NCBI GenBank assembly: GCA_036493835.1
Contig: DASXPD010000129.1
Span: 7,466-71,465 of the forward strand
DNA length: 64,000 bases
Source of the DNA: Candidatus Acidiferrum sp.
GTDB lineage: Bacteria > Acidobacteriota > Terriglobia > Acidiferrales > UBA7541
Direction: 5' to 3'
The notes under the pieces are model-generated. The model worked only from the letters and a program-made list of their open reading frames with translations, had not been told where the DNA came from and made no database searches. The translations under genes and the position numbers were made by a program. Below, in pieces: positions 37,894-47,828 of the stretch (position 1 is the first letter of the stretch; each line of letters starts with the position of its first letter).

Positions 37894-38865
37894 CTACTGG
37901 CTCCACTTTGTGGGCTTGCGATCCCAGCGATGCTTGCGAAGTTCAGTGTGAAGCGGCGCAGGCAACGGGCCTTTGTCACTGGCGGCGCAATTGGTCTCGA
38001 CGTTCTTTATCTTGCGCATGCCCGGAATGATTGTGCTGACGTCCTGATGGTTGAGAATAAAGCGCAACGCCATTTCCGGCATCGTCATTCCATCTTTCAG
38101 CAACGGCTTGAGCTTTTCCGCATGCTCGACGCTGGTCTTCAAATTTTCCGGCACAAAATATGTGCTGCGCCAATCGCTCGCAGGCCACGTGCTGTCGAGC
38201 GTCAGCGTTCCGGTCAGCGTGCCTTCGTCGAACGGCACGCGCGCGATGACCGCGACGTCTTTTTCGCGGCACGCGGGGAATAATTCGTCCTCGGGATTCT
38301 GATCGAAGATGTTGTAGATCACCTGCACCGCGTCGAATAATCCTGCGCGTACCCCTTTCACACCGTTGTTCGGCTCCCAGCGATTGATGCTGATGCCGAC
38401 GGCCCGCACTTTTCCATTCGCGACAACTTTTTCCAGCAGGCGCGGCAAGCGCTCGTCCGCGAGCCAAGCGTCTTCCCACGTGTGCAGCTGAATCAGGTCG
38501 AGCGTGGGCACGCCGATGTTGGTCAAGCTCTTGTCGATATATTCCTCGATATATTCCGGCGGATAGCAATCTTCGAGCGTGAATTCCGCGCGGCTCGGCC
38601 ACTTGCGATTTTTCGGCGGGACTTTCGTCGCCGTGTAAAGCGTTTTGCCTCGATTGGCGCGCAGAATTTTGCCGAGCAGTTCTTCGCTGTGGCCGTCACC
38701 ATAGGCCCACGCAGTGTCGAAAAAATTGCAGCCGAGGTCGATCGATTTCTGCAGCGAGTCGAGCGACTGCTGATCGTCCGAGCCGCTCCACCCTCCCATG
38801 CCCCACATTCCGTATCCAATTTCGCTGACGTTCCAAGCGGTGCGACCAAAGCGGCGATATTTCAT
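37894..38865 (-). CDS. Aldo/keto reductase
   Basis: SEIGYGMWG, FFDTAWAYG, DLIQLH, QVIYNIFDQ, TIIPGMR. Confidence 0.93.
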   Translation of the reverse strand: MKYRRFGRTAWNVSEIGYGMWGMGGWSGSDDQQSLDSLQKSIDLGCNFFDTAWAYGDGHSEELLGKILRANRGKTLYTATKVPPKNRKWPSRAEFTLEDCYPPEYIEEYIDKSLTNIGVPTLDLIQLHTWEDAWLADERLPRLLEKVVANGKVRAVGISINRWEPNNGVKGVRAGLFDAVQVIYNIFDQNPEDELFPACREKDVAVIARVPFDEGTLTGTLTLDSTWPASDWRSTYFVPENLKTSVEHAEKLKPLLKDGMTMPEMALRFILNHQDVSTIIPGMRKIKNVETNCAASDKGPLPAPLHTELRKHRWDRKPTKWSQ

Positions 38866-38958
38866 GAAGGTCCTCTCAAATGAAGAGTGGACATTATAGC
38901 GAGGGAGGGGCGAGTTGAAAGTCGCGAATTGAAGATTGCCGTCGAGGAATCGCCAGCG

Positions 38959-39198
38959 TCAGCCTTCGACGCATTTCGCGCAGGCAAGTTCTGCGTCGAT
39001 GCGCGACGCGCGGCCTTCCGGCGTCGTCATCCACGGACGACTCTGCCAGGGCGGATCGTGCCGCACATGCTGCGAATGGCCGCATTCGAGATCGGCGACC
39101 CAATCGCCGCCATCGTCTTGATGGAATCCGACGATTTTGCGATTTGGCCGCGCTGGCGTTGCGGATTTACTCAATTTTGATGCGGGTTTCGGTTCCAT
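38959..39198 (-). CDS. DUF3565 family small protein
   Basis: IVGFHQD..DWVADLECGHSQHVRHDPPW..RPW...CAKC. Confidence 0.85.
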   Translation of the reverse strand: MEPKPASKLSKSATPARPNRKIVGFHQDDGGDWVADLECGHSQHVRHDPPWQSRPWMTTPEGRASRIDAELACAKCVEG

Positions 39199-39332
39199 TT
39201 AGTGGAAAGGTTGACTACAGTATCTTACGTCAAATCCCAGCGACCCACCTTCAAGATCGGGCTGGGCGTAAGCACGATTTCAAACTTTTCAGACAGCGGA
39301 TCGACCGTCGAATCCCGCTCGGAGGATCACTA

Positions 39333-40943
39333 GTGAACGTCCCCAAAAATTTTGTTCTGGCGTGCGGACTTGCCGCGGCATTGGTTTCTGCCGCCGCAGT
39401 CGCGCCACGAGCGCAAGCCTTTCCCGCCACGCCGGGCAGCGACCCGCAGACGGCGACGACTTCGCGTTCGCTGAAAGCGCTGGATTATCGGCGCGCCGGA
39501 AAATCGGTGGATATTTATTTTGTCGCCACCGATCAAGGATCGGGCGCGTCGGGCTCGGCGAAAGTCGCGACGAAGTCCAATCGCATCGAGATCGACTCGA
39601 AGTTCACCGGGCTGCCGGATTCGTCGAAGTTCGGCCTCGAATATCTCACGTACGTACTCTGGGCGATTTCGCCGCAGGGGCGCGCGGTGAATCTCGGCGA
39701 GTTGGTGAGCAAGAACGGCAACGCGCAGCTCAAGGCCAGCGTGGATATGCAAACGTTCGGCATGATTGTAACCGCCGAGCCGTATTACGCCGTCGCGCAG
39801 CCAAGCGACGAAGTCGTGCTGGAAAATGCGCTTCCCGAGAAAATGTTGAATCGCGTCGAGAATATCGACGCGAAGTACACGCTGATCAGCCGCGGCAGCT
39901 ATTCGCAGTCGAACACGCCGATCGAGAACGCGATTTTTGGCGTCGATCGCAAAGCACCGCTCGAGTTGTTCGAAGCGCGGAACTCGGTGCGCATCGCGCG
40001 AAACGCGCACGCCGACACCTACGCGGCATCGACATTTACGAAAGCGACGGACCAGCTGCAACAGGCGGAAACCGCGTACCAGAATCGCAAAGACAAGAAG
40101 CTCGTCATCGCGGCGGCACGCAACGCGATTGATCGCGCGGAAGAAGCGCGCGTGATTGCGATCCAGAAAAAGACGGAAGAAGACGCACAACACGCGGCGG
40201 AAGCCGAGCGACAGGCTGCTGCGGCGCGCCAGGCGAAGGCGGAGGCCGACGCGGCTGCGCAGGCTGCGGCTCGTGCGCAGGCCGACGCAGAACGCCAGGC
40301 GGCGGATCAAGCTCGTTCGGAAGCCGAAAAGGCGAAAGCACAAGCTAACGCAGCAGCGGCAGCGGCATTGGCGCAGCAAAAGGAAGCCGAAGCGGCGCGC
40401 GCGGCGGCTCTGGCTCAGCAGCAGCAAGCGGAAGCGGCGGCAGCACAAGCGAACCAAGCCGCGGCGCAGGCCGAGAAAGACAAAGCGGACATGCGCGCGC
40501 AACTTTTGGCCCAGCTCAACGCCGTTTTGCAGACGCAAGACACGGCGCGCGGCTTGATCGTAAATATGTCGGACGTTTTGTTCGACACCGGCAAATACAC
40601 ATTGAAGCCGCCGACGCAGGTGAAGCTGGCGAAAATTTCCGGCATCTTGCTCTCGCATCCGGGATTGACGATGCAGATCGAAGGTCACACCGACAGTGTC
40701 GGCAGCGATGAAATGAATCAGCGGCTTTCGGAACAGCGCGCTGACGCGGTGCGCGACTTCCTTGCGTCGCAAGGCGTTGCCGCCTCGTCGATGACCGCGA
40801 AGGGTTTCGGCAAGACCGATCCGATTGCGAGCAACGACACGGCGGAAGGCCGGCAAAAGAATCGCCGCGTCGAACTCGTCGTGAACGGCGCCGCGATCGG
40901 CAAAGCTGCTCCCGGAGCGCCGGCTGAAGCTCAACCCCAGTGA
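39333..40943 (+). CDS. OmpA family protein with Ala/Gln-rich coiled coil
   Basis: DVLFDTGK, IEGHTDSVG, LSEQRA, NRRVELVV; GTG 39333 after GGAGG. Confidence 0.92.
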   Translation: MNVPKNFVLACGLAAALVSAAAVAPRAQAFPATPGSDPQTATTSRSLKALDYRRAGKSVDIYFVATDQGSGASGSAKVATKSNRIEIDSKFTGLPDSSKFGLEYLTYVLWAISPQGRAVNLGELVSKNGNAQLKASVDMQTFGMIVTAEPYYAVAQPSDEVVLENALPEKMLNRVENIDAKYTLISRGSYSQSNTPIENAIFGVDRKAPLELFEARNSVRIARNAHADTYAASTFTKATDQLQQAETAYQNRKDKKLVIAAARNAIDRAEEARVIAIQKKTEEDAQHAAEAERQAAAARQAKAEADAAAQAAARAQADAERQAADQARSEAEKAKAQANAAAAAALAQQKEAEAARAAALAQQQQAEAAAAQANQAAAQAEKDKADMRAQLLAQLNAVLQTQDTARGLIVNMSDVLFDTGKYTLKPPTQVKLAKISGILLSHPGLTMQIEGHTDSVGSDEMNQRLSEQRADAVRDFLASQGVAASSMTAKGFGKTDPIASNDTAEGRQKNRRVELVVNGAAIGKAAPGAPAEAQPQ

Positions 40944-41164
40944 GGACGTAGCCGATCATCGGCCGTCGTCGGCCACAACAATTGAATAGTCGGAAATTCG
41001 AGGCGCGCAACGATCTTTGATCGGCGCGCCTCGAGTCATTTGGGACGCGCAAATAGCCATAAACATTGAATTATTCTTAGGAATAACCAGCAACCATTCC
41101 GCCGCCGCATCCGTCTAAGGTGCTAGAATGGGTGTCTGCGAAGTCTTCGGGATTTAACTTTTTA

Positions 41165-41470
41165 ATGCAACGTTTCTCACTAACCCGGTTCTTCACCGCA
41201 AAGCTCACGCGCCAAGCGCTCGCGATTCTCGGCTGCCTGGTGCTTCTCTATGTAGTGTCGGGCGTTGCGTTTTTGCACCATCACTCCAAGGGACCCGAGA
41301 CGACTTGCCACGTTTGCCAGGTGCTTCACGCGCCCGCTCTCGCCTTTTCTCCGCATGACTTGATTCCGGCAGCGCACCAGGTTGCGCGCTACAGCTCGAC
41401 GCTTGAGAGTTTCAACGCAGAGAATTTCGTTGCATCACACCGCACGCCCCGCGCCCCTCCTGTAGCGTAA
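41165..41470 (+). CDS. DUF2946/CruR-like uORF (TM, HHH, CxxC, C-terminal RAPP)
   Basis: LAILGCLVLLYVVSGVAFL-HHH...CHVC...RTPRAPPVA-stop directly upstream of a TonB receptor. Confidence 0.8.
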   Translation: MQRFSLTRFFTAKLTRQALAILGCLVLLYVVSGVAFLHHHSKGPETTCHVCQVLHAPALAFSPHDLIPAAHQVARYSSTLESFNAENFVASHRTPRAPPVA

Positions 41471-41642
41471 TCCATTCTCCTGAATCGTTAATGAAGTTCG
41501 CGCCATCTGCGCTCGACCTGCATTTGCATCCATTGCATTTCTGAGCGCCACGCGCATCCGCTGATTTTCCAGCGGCTCTATTCACTCATCCGCACCGTCG
41601 CTACGCGCGACATTCGTCCCTCTCGATGGGACAGGAGAAAAA

Positions 41643-44279
41643 ATGCCACGGAATTTCTGCAGCTTTCTGCATTTGCATCGGAACAAATCTGTCTGGACGC
41701 GGATTTCGCTTTTAGTGGCCGCAGTGTTGCTTCTGGCGGCGTCGAGTTTCGCGCAGGGAAATTCGGGATCGATCGACGGTGTCGTGAAAGATCCGTCCGG
41801 CTCCTCCATCGCGGGCGCGACGGTCGAAATCACTTACGCCGTCAGCGGTTTTCATCGCGAAACGACCACCGGAACCGATGGCGCTTTTCGCTTCACAAAC
41901 ATCCCATTCAATCCGTATCACATGGTTGTGACCGCGACGGGTTTCAATTCGTTCACGCAGGATGTCGAGGTGCGCTCGACAGTTCCGACCAGCGTGCAGA
42001 TTTCGCTGAAGCTCGGCACGGCGAACACGAGTGTCACCGTCGAAGCGAACGGCGGCGACCTCGTCGAAAACGATTCGACGTTTCACACCGACGTCGATCA
42101 GGGAATCATGGACCGACTCCCGCTCGAAAGCGCGTCCTCTTCCGTGACTTCGCTGGTGACGCTGGTTTCGCCCGGCGTTGCCGCTGACTCCAACGGCAAC
42201 ATGCACGGACTCGGCGACCACGCGCAGAACTCCTTCTCGGTCGACGGCCAGCCGATCACCGATCAAACCAGCAAAGTTTTCTCGAACCAGATTCCGTCGG
42301 ACTCGATTCAATCTCTTGAAGTGATTTCCGGCGCGCCACCAGCCGAATTTGGCGACAAGACGAGTCTCGTCATTAAAGTGACGACAAAGTCGGGCCTCGG
42401 AGTCACCAAGCCTACCGGCAGCATCACGACGTCATACGGCAGCTTTGGCACGTCGAACGTCGCCTTCGACCTGGCCTACGGCAACGAAAAGTGGGGAAAT
42501 TTTATTTCAGCCAGCGGACTGAACAGCGGCCGTTTCCTCGATCCGCCGGAATTTCAGCCCATTCACGACAAGGGCAACGAAGGAAATATTTTTGATCGCG
42601 TCGATTACCAGATCTCGCAGAAAGATACGATTCACGGAAATTTCCAGTACACGCGCTCGTGGTTTCAGACACCGAACACGTTCGACAATCTCAACGTGCT
42701 CGATCCAACCGGCGCAAACATTGGCGAAACCGATCAGCGCTCGAAAATCGGAACCTTCAACATCGCGCCGACATGGACGCGCCTGATGGGACCAAATGCG
42801 GTCTTCACGCTCGGCGCTTACGTTCGCCAGGATCAATACAACTATTACCCGAGCAACGATCTCTTCGCCGATCTCGGCCCGATCAACTCCGAAACCATCT
42901 CGCAAAGCCGCCGCCTGACCAACGCGGGCCTGCACTCCGACTATTCGTGGGTGAAAGGCATTCACAACGTCAAAGCCGGCATCACGTATCAGCAAACGTA
43001 TCTCAACGAAAACGACAGCTTCGGCATCATCGATCCGACGGTTCTTCCGTCGACGCTCGATGCGGCTGGCAATCCGTGCTTCAACACCGGCACCGGCATG
43101 GCCGCGCCGGGAACGCCGTGCGCGACACTGCTTCCCATCGACCTGACGCGCGGCGGAAGCCTCTTCGGTTTCCGCGGCAGCACCGACGTCAAAGAACTTT
43201 CGATGTATGTGCAGGACACGATCACGAAAGGCGCGTGGTCGTTCAATCTCGGCATTCGCGGCGATCTTTACGATGGCCTCTCGACCGCGCGTCAGGCTGA
43301 GCCGCGCGTCGGTATCGCGTACAACATCAAGCCGACCAACACCGTGCTGCGCGTTTCGTACGCGCGCACGCTCGAGACTCCATTCAACGAAAATCTCATC
43401 ATCGCGACGACCGGTTGCAACGTGCCGGTGATCGCTGCGCTGATTCCGTGCGTGCCGGCAAATTCTCCCGCGGGTTATCGCAACGAGTTTCACGCCGGCT
43501 TGCAGCAGGCCTTCGGTAAACATCTTGTGATCGACGGCGAGTACATCTGGAAATACACGCACAACGCGTATGACTTCAGCGTGCTCGGCAATACGCCGAT
43601 CACGTTTCCGATCGACTGGCACAATTCCAAAATTCCAGGATTCCTGCTACGCGCCAGCGTGCCCAACTGGCACGGCTTCAGCGCGCTCGTCGTGATGTCG
43701 AGCGTTGCCGCGCGTTATTTCCCACCACAGACCGGCGGACTCGGCGTGACCGTCGGGCAAAGCGGCGGCGTCTTCCGCATCGACCACGACGAAAAATTCA
43801 ACCAGACCACGCACCTGCAATATCAACCGCTCAAGCGCGGCCCTTGGGTCGGCTTCAACTGGCGCTATGACAGCGGCCTCGTCGCCGGCGCGGTGACCGA
43901 CTACGCCACCGCGTTGACCTTCGACGCCGACCAGCAAGCCGCGATCGGATTGTTCTGCGGCAACACTTTTGCCACGCCGACGAGCCCGATTTTGAGCTGC
44001 CCCGCCGGCACAAATCGCGGCGCCACGCGCGTTAACATTCCTGCCGACGGCACCGAGAACGACGACAAGAATCCGCCGCGTATCGCTCCGCGCAATCTTT
44101 TCGACTTGGCCGTCGGCCAGGACAACCTGTTCCGCGGCGACCGCTACAAGTGGAGCCTGCGCTTCACCGTCGTCAACCTGACCAACAAGGAATCGCTATA
44201 CAACTTCCTCTCAACGTTCAGCGGCACCCACTTCGTCAGCCCACGCGCCGAATCCGTCGAACTCGGCTTCCACTTCTAG
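41643..44279 (+). CDS. TonB-dependent outer membrane receptor
   Basis: Signal peptide, carboxypeptidase-regulatory-like N-domain, plug (SVDGQPITDQ, PAEFGDK), beta-barrel, terminal F. Confidence 0.93.
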   Translation: MPRNFCSFLHLHRNKSVWTRISLLVAAVLLLAASSFAQGNSGSIDGVVKDPSGSSIAGATVEITYAVSGFHRETTTGTDGAFRFTNIPFNPYHMVVTATGFNSFTQDVEVRSTVPTSVQISLKLGTANTSVTVEANGGDLVENDSTFHTDVDQGIMDRLPLESASSSVTSLVTLVSPGVAADSNGNMHGLGDHAQNSFSVDGQPITDQTSKVFSNQIPSDSIQSLEVISGAPPAEFGDKTSLVIKVTTKSGLGVTKPTGSITTSYGSFGTSNVAFDLAYGNEKWGNFISASGLNSGRFLDPPEFQPIHDKGNEGNIFDRVDYQISQKDTIHGNFQYTRSWFQTPNTFDNLNVLDPTGANIGETDQRSKIGTFNIAPTWTRLMGPNAVFTLGAYVRQDQYNYYPSNDLFADLGPINSETISQSRRLTNAGLHSDYSWVKGIHNVKAGITYQQTYLNENDSFGIIDPTVLPSTLDAAGNPCFNTGTGMAAPGTPCATLLPIDLTRGGSLFGFRGSTDVKELSMYVQDTITKGAWSFNLGIRGDLYDGLSTARQAEPRVGIAYNIKPTNTVLRVSYARTLETPFNENLIIATTGCNVPVIAALIPCVPANSPAGYRNEFHAGLQQAFGKHLVIDGEYIWKYTHNAYDFSVLGNTPITFPIDWHNSKIPGFLLRASVPNWHGFSALVVMSSVAARYFPPQTGGLGVTVGQSGGVFRIDHDEKFNQTTHLQYQPLKRGPWVGFNWRYDSGLVAGAVTDYATALTFDADQQAAIGLFCGNTFATPTSPILSCPAGTNRGATRVNIPADGTENDDKNPPRIAPRNLFDLAVGQDNLFRGDRYKWSLRFTVVNLTNKESLYNFLSTFSGTHFVSPRAESVELGFHF

Positions 44280-44308
44280 CGCGCTCCAACGAACACGGCC
44301 ACGCGAAG

Positions 44309-44355
44309 GCCGCGAGACAGAATTCCTCAACGGGGTTTTGTTCTCGCGGCTTTTT
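44309..44355 (+). terminator. Intrinsic terminator after the TonB receptor
   Basis: GCCGCGAGA...TCTCGCGGC followed by TTTTT. Confidence 0.7.
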
Positions 44356-44547
44356 CGCGTCGATTCGCTTGCTTTTCCAACCAAACTCGGCCGTCTTTGC
44401 ACGCGCTCTCACAATGTTATTGATTTCGTATATTGGCGTTGACTTGACTCCGTTTCGTCAATATAAAGCAGCGCAGAGAGCACGCCTAACGCCGTATTCG
44501 CAAGAAATGATTGCGAGCTGATCGACGGAGCGTCGAAGGAGTTCCAC

Positions 44548-47358
44548 GTGTCCACATTTCAACAAGTGCAGGCGGAAGAGAAACAGGCCGTGCGGGCACC
44601 TGCGGCTGCCAGTGTGCTTAGCGCACGCTCGGCCACCGCCGAAGCCACCCAGGAACAATCCTACGGCTTAGCTTTTTCGGGAGGCGGAATCCGCAGCGCA
44701 ACGTTCAATCTCGGCATTCTCCAGGGACTCGCGCAGGCCAAGTTACTTCCGCATATGAAGTTCATCTCGACGGTTTCCGGAGGCGGATACATCGGTGGCT
44801 GGCTGGTGAGTTGGATCAAACGCGCCCCTCGCGGATTGATGGAAGTGCAGGAAAAGTTGGGCGACTACGAAAATCATCGAGACGACGATGGTGGCATCGC
44901 AGAACCCCGCCAGGTTAATTTTCTGCGCGACTACAGCAACTACATGACACCCCGGAAAGGTTTGGTCGGCGCCGACACATGGACGGGCATCGCTACGTAC
45001 TTCCGAAACGTTCTGCTGAATCAATGCATCTTGATTCCAGTTCTCGCCGCCTTGGTTCTCTTGCCATGGTTGCTCGGTTCCGTCGCAATTCGGCTGCGAT
45101 GGATAGGGCATCACCATCATGGCGTGTGGATTGCCGTGATCGCTGCGTTCTCCCTTCTACTCCTGTCGATGTTCATGGCGTCGCGCTACTGCGCCTATGC
45201 GGCGATCACAAAGCAAGCTCACACCGCCACAGCAACGCACGACACGCAACATGGCGCTAGCCAGGCACGCGTTCTATGGTTCGTCGGAGTTCCACTTTTT
45301 GTCTGTGCCGTATTTGCCGCGCTTACGTTTTGGCTCTGGCCCGCCGCGCAAGACGAGCCGTACTGGCGTTGGGCAGCCGTTGGGAGCCTGGTCTACGGCG
45401 TCTGCCACCTGATCGGACTGCCTGGACGAATCTCGGTCCTTCGCTCTGTTCAAGAGCAAAACAAAGTAACCGTCGCGCAACAGCTTGGAATTCCACTGAC
45501 AGCCGCTATTTCCGGCGCCGTTGGAGGACTATTCCTGAAGGTCTGCCATCAAGCAATCACCAACTGGAACTCTTGGGGCTCGAGTCAGGGAAGCGCGTGG
45601 TACGTAATTGCGTGGGGCCCACCGATTCTTGTCGTCGCGTTCCTCTTGGTCGGCACGCTGCACATCGGACTTCTCAAGCTGATCATTGGTCCCGAAGAAC
45701 AGGAATGGTGGGGACGCTTGGGCGGATTGCTGATGCTGGGAGTGCTTGCGTGGGTCGCAATTTTTGGCCTGGCGATCTTCGCGCCATGGGTCGCGGAAAC
45801 GGAAAGCCCTTGGGTGAAGACGAAAGCCGGTCTGCTCCTCGGCTGGATCGCGACTACGATTTTCGGTCTTCTCTCGGGTAAGAGCGGGCGCACATCCGGC
45901 GGCGCAGGCGCACAGGTCTCGGGCGATTCGGCAAACAGTTCTACGATGGAGTTGATTGGAGCCGTGGCGCCGTACGTTTTCATTCTCGGCATGCTGATCC
46001 TGCTCTCCATAGGCATTCACGCGCTAGTGATTTTGCACAGCGGGTATTCAACGACCATCGAAAATTATTGGGAGAAAGTGAGAGCGATACCGCCGGCGTG
46101 GCCTCTCATTGCCATGTTCATCTTGGCCGCGATCGCGGCCGTCTTGGCTCTCAGGGTCGACGTGAATATTTTCTCGATGAACCTTCTGTATCGAAACCGG
46201 CTCATCCGCTGTTACCTCGGCGCCAGCAGAAACGTCGGAGAGCGCCAGCCCAATCGCTTCACGGGATTCGATCCCACCGATGATCTGTTGCTGACGGAGT
46301 TCGACGGCACCACCGCTCAAACCGAATATCCGGATTTGCCCGCGTACATTGGTCCGTATCCGATCATTTGTGCCGCCCTCAACGTGACGCACGGCGAGCG
46401 CCTGGCGTGGCAGGAACGCAAAGCGGAATCCTTTGTCTTCACGCCGAAATTCTGCGGCTACGAATATCCAGAAATGAAGTACGAGCCCAATCCGCCGGCC
46501 GAAGGGACTTATCGTGCGACGGACGAATATGCCTATCCGCAAAATCCGACAAGTGCTTTGCATCTTGAGGCGGGCGGCGTACATCTCGGCACCGCCATCT
46601 CGATTTCTGGCGCGGCCGCGTCACCCAACATGGGTTTTCACACATCGCCGCCTCTCGCTTTTCTGATGACTCTCTTTGACGTTCGTCTGGGATGGTGGCT
46701 GCCCAATTCGCGATACGACAACAACCAGCTTTCCAGAAATTATACGGAAGGTGGTCCGCCGTGGTCGCTGTTGTACCTGCTGAAGGAGCTGCTCGCTTCG
46801 ACGACCGATGAGTCGAAGTACATCTACCTTTCGGATGGGGGACATTTTGAAAATCTCGCAATCTACGAACTCGTTCGGCGTCGATGCAGATACATCATTG
46901 CGTCCGATGCCGACGCTGACTTCGGTATGGCATTTGGAGACTTGGGCAACGCCATCCGCAAATGTCGCAGCGACTTCGGAGTGGAAATCACCATCGATCC
47001 AACGCCGGTGCAATTGCCGCCGGGTGGCTTTGCCCGGGCTCACGGCGTCGTCGGAACGATTCGCTACCCTAACACTCCGACAGAAGAGGGGTTTTTCGGC
47101 GAGATCCTTTACATCAAGCCCACGATAACTCCTGACACGCCGCGAGACGTTCTCGCGTACCGCTCAAGCCACACAGAATTTCCAGATCAGTCCACCGCTG
47201 ACCAATGGTTTGACGAATCGCAGTTCGAGAGTTACCGGCGACTGGGCCTGTACACAATGCAGATGCTCGCAGGGATGCTCGGCAACCCTTCCCCTGATCC
47301 GCCCCCTTCCGTTGCAGAACTTTTTGCAAGGGTGCGCGCGAACGCGCAGCGCACATAA
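44548..47358 (+). CDS. Large membrane-embedded patatin/cPLA2-like phospholipase
   Basis: GLAFSGGGIRSA, STVSGGGY (nucleophile Ser), LSDGGHFEN (Asp); about 10 hydrophobic segments between catalytic halves. Confidence 0.88.
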   Translation: MSTFQQVQAEEKQAVRAPAAASVLSARSATAEATQEQSYGLAFSGGGIRSATFNLGILQGLAQAKLLPHMKFISTVSGGGYIGGWLVSWIKRAPRGLMEVQEKLGDYENHRDDDGGIAEPRQVNFLRDYSNYMTPRKGLVGADTWTGIATYFRNVLLNQCILIPVLAALVLLPWLLGSVAIRLRWIGHHHHGVWIAVIAAFSLLLLSMFMASRYCAYAAITKQAHTATATHDTQHGASQARVLWFVGVPLFVCAVFAALTFWLWPAAQDEPYWRWAAVGSLVYGVCHLIGLPGRISVLRSVQEQNKVTVAQQLGIPLTAAISGAVGGLFLKVCHQAITNWNSWGSSQGSAWYVIAWGPPILVVAFLLVGTLHIGLLKLIIGPEEQEWWGRLGGLLMLGVLAWVAIFGLAIFAPWVAETESPWVKTKAGLLLGWIATTIFGLLSGKSGRTSGGAGAQVSGDSANSSTMELIGAVAPYVFILGMLILLSIGIHALVILHSGYSTTIENYWEKVRAIPPAWPLIAMFILAAIAAVLALRVDVNIFSMNLLYRNRLIRCYLGASRNVGERQPNRFTGFDPTDDLLLTEFDGTTAQTEYPDLPAYIGPYPIICAALNVTHGERLAWQERKAESFVFTPKFCGYEYPEMKYEPNPPAEGTYRATDEYAYPQNPTSALHLEAGGVHLGTAISISGAAASPNMGFHTSPPLAFLMTLFDVRLGWWLPNSRYDNNQLSRNYTEGGPPWSLLYLLKELLASTTDESKYIYLSDGGHFENLAIYELVRRRCRYIIASDADADFGMAFGDLGNAIRKCRSDFGVEITIDPTPVQLPPGGFARAHGVVGTIRYPNTPTEEGFFGEILYIKPTITPDTPRDVLAYRSSHTEFPDQSTADQWFDESQFESYRRLGLYTMQMLAGMLGNPSPDPPPSVAELFARVRANAQRT

Positions 47359-47388
47359 CGCCCGCGAAGAACGTTCTCCTGACGCGGT

Positions 47389-47417
47389 TTGGCCACCACC
47401 CAACCTCACGCTACAAT
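47389..47417 (+). promoter_or_regulatory. sigma70 promoter of the 6S RNA
   Basis: TTGGCC(47389)-17-TACAAT(47412). Confidence 0.6.
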
Positions 47418-47424
47418 ATTCCCC

Positions 47425-47681
47425 GAGCGGCACTTCGAAGCAGGTGAGGGGACGAAAGCTGTTTGAACCAATGCAGAATCTCTGAGGAGCTGCGGATAGC
47501 CAGCCTGTGTGCACGGCCTGTCCCTTTGGCTTCCCGGCCGATGGCCGAAGCCAAACCTCGCGCCAATCGCGCGTAGCGGGAACGGGAAGCGAACGGGGCA
47601 GGAAAGCCTGATGGTTGGCTCGTGGCGCCCACTTAGTCCAGAGGTTCACGGCCTAGTTTCCCACGGCTAAGCAGTCCGCTC
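47425..47681 (+). ncRNA. ssrS: 6S RNA
   Basis: Ends pair (GAGCGGCACT with AGTCCGCTC); 6S-type motifs TTTGAACC, TGTGTGCAC, GCCCACTT, AGGTTCA; U tract follows; lies before ymdB. Confidence 0.8.
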
Positions 47682-47828
47682 GTTTTTGTGCTCGGGCATC
47701 TCGCGGGTCATCGCACCCGGGCCATCGCAGTTCAGCGGTTGGGCGCCCGCACCACGCGCCTGTCTTTCGTTAAGTCGGGGACGGCGGCCAACAATGCCGT
47801 CGGCAATCGAACTTCGCTTCATCCATCT

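Noticed and set aside
40150-40500. Repetitive GCG/CAG-rich tract in the OmpA gene
   Set aside because: Explained by the Ala/Gln/Glu coiled coil; not a DNA repeat array
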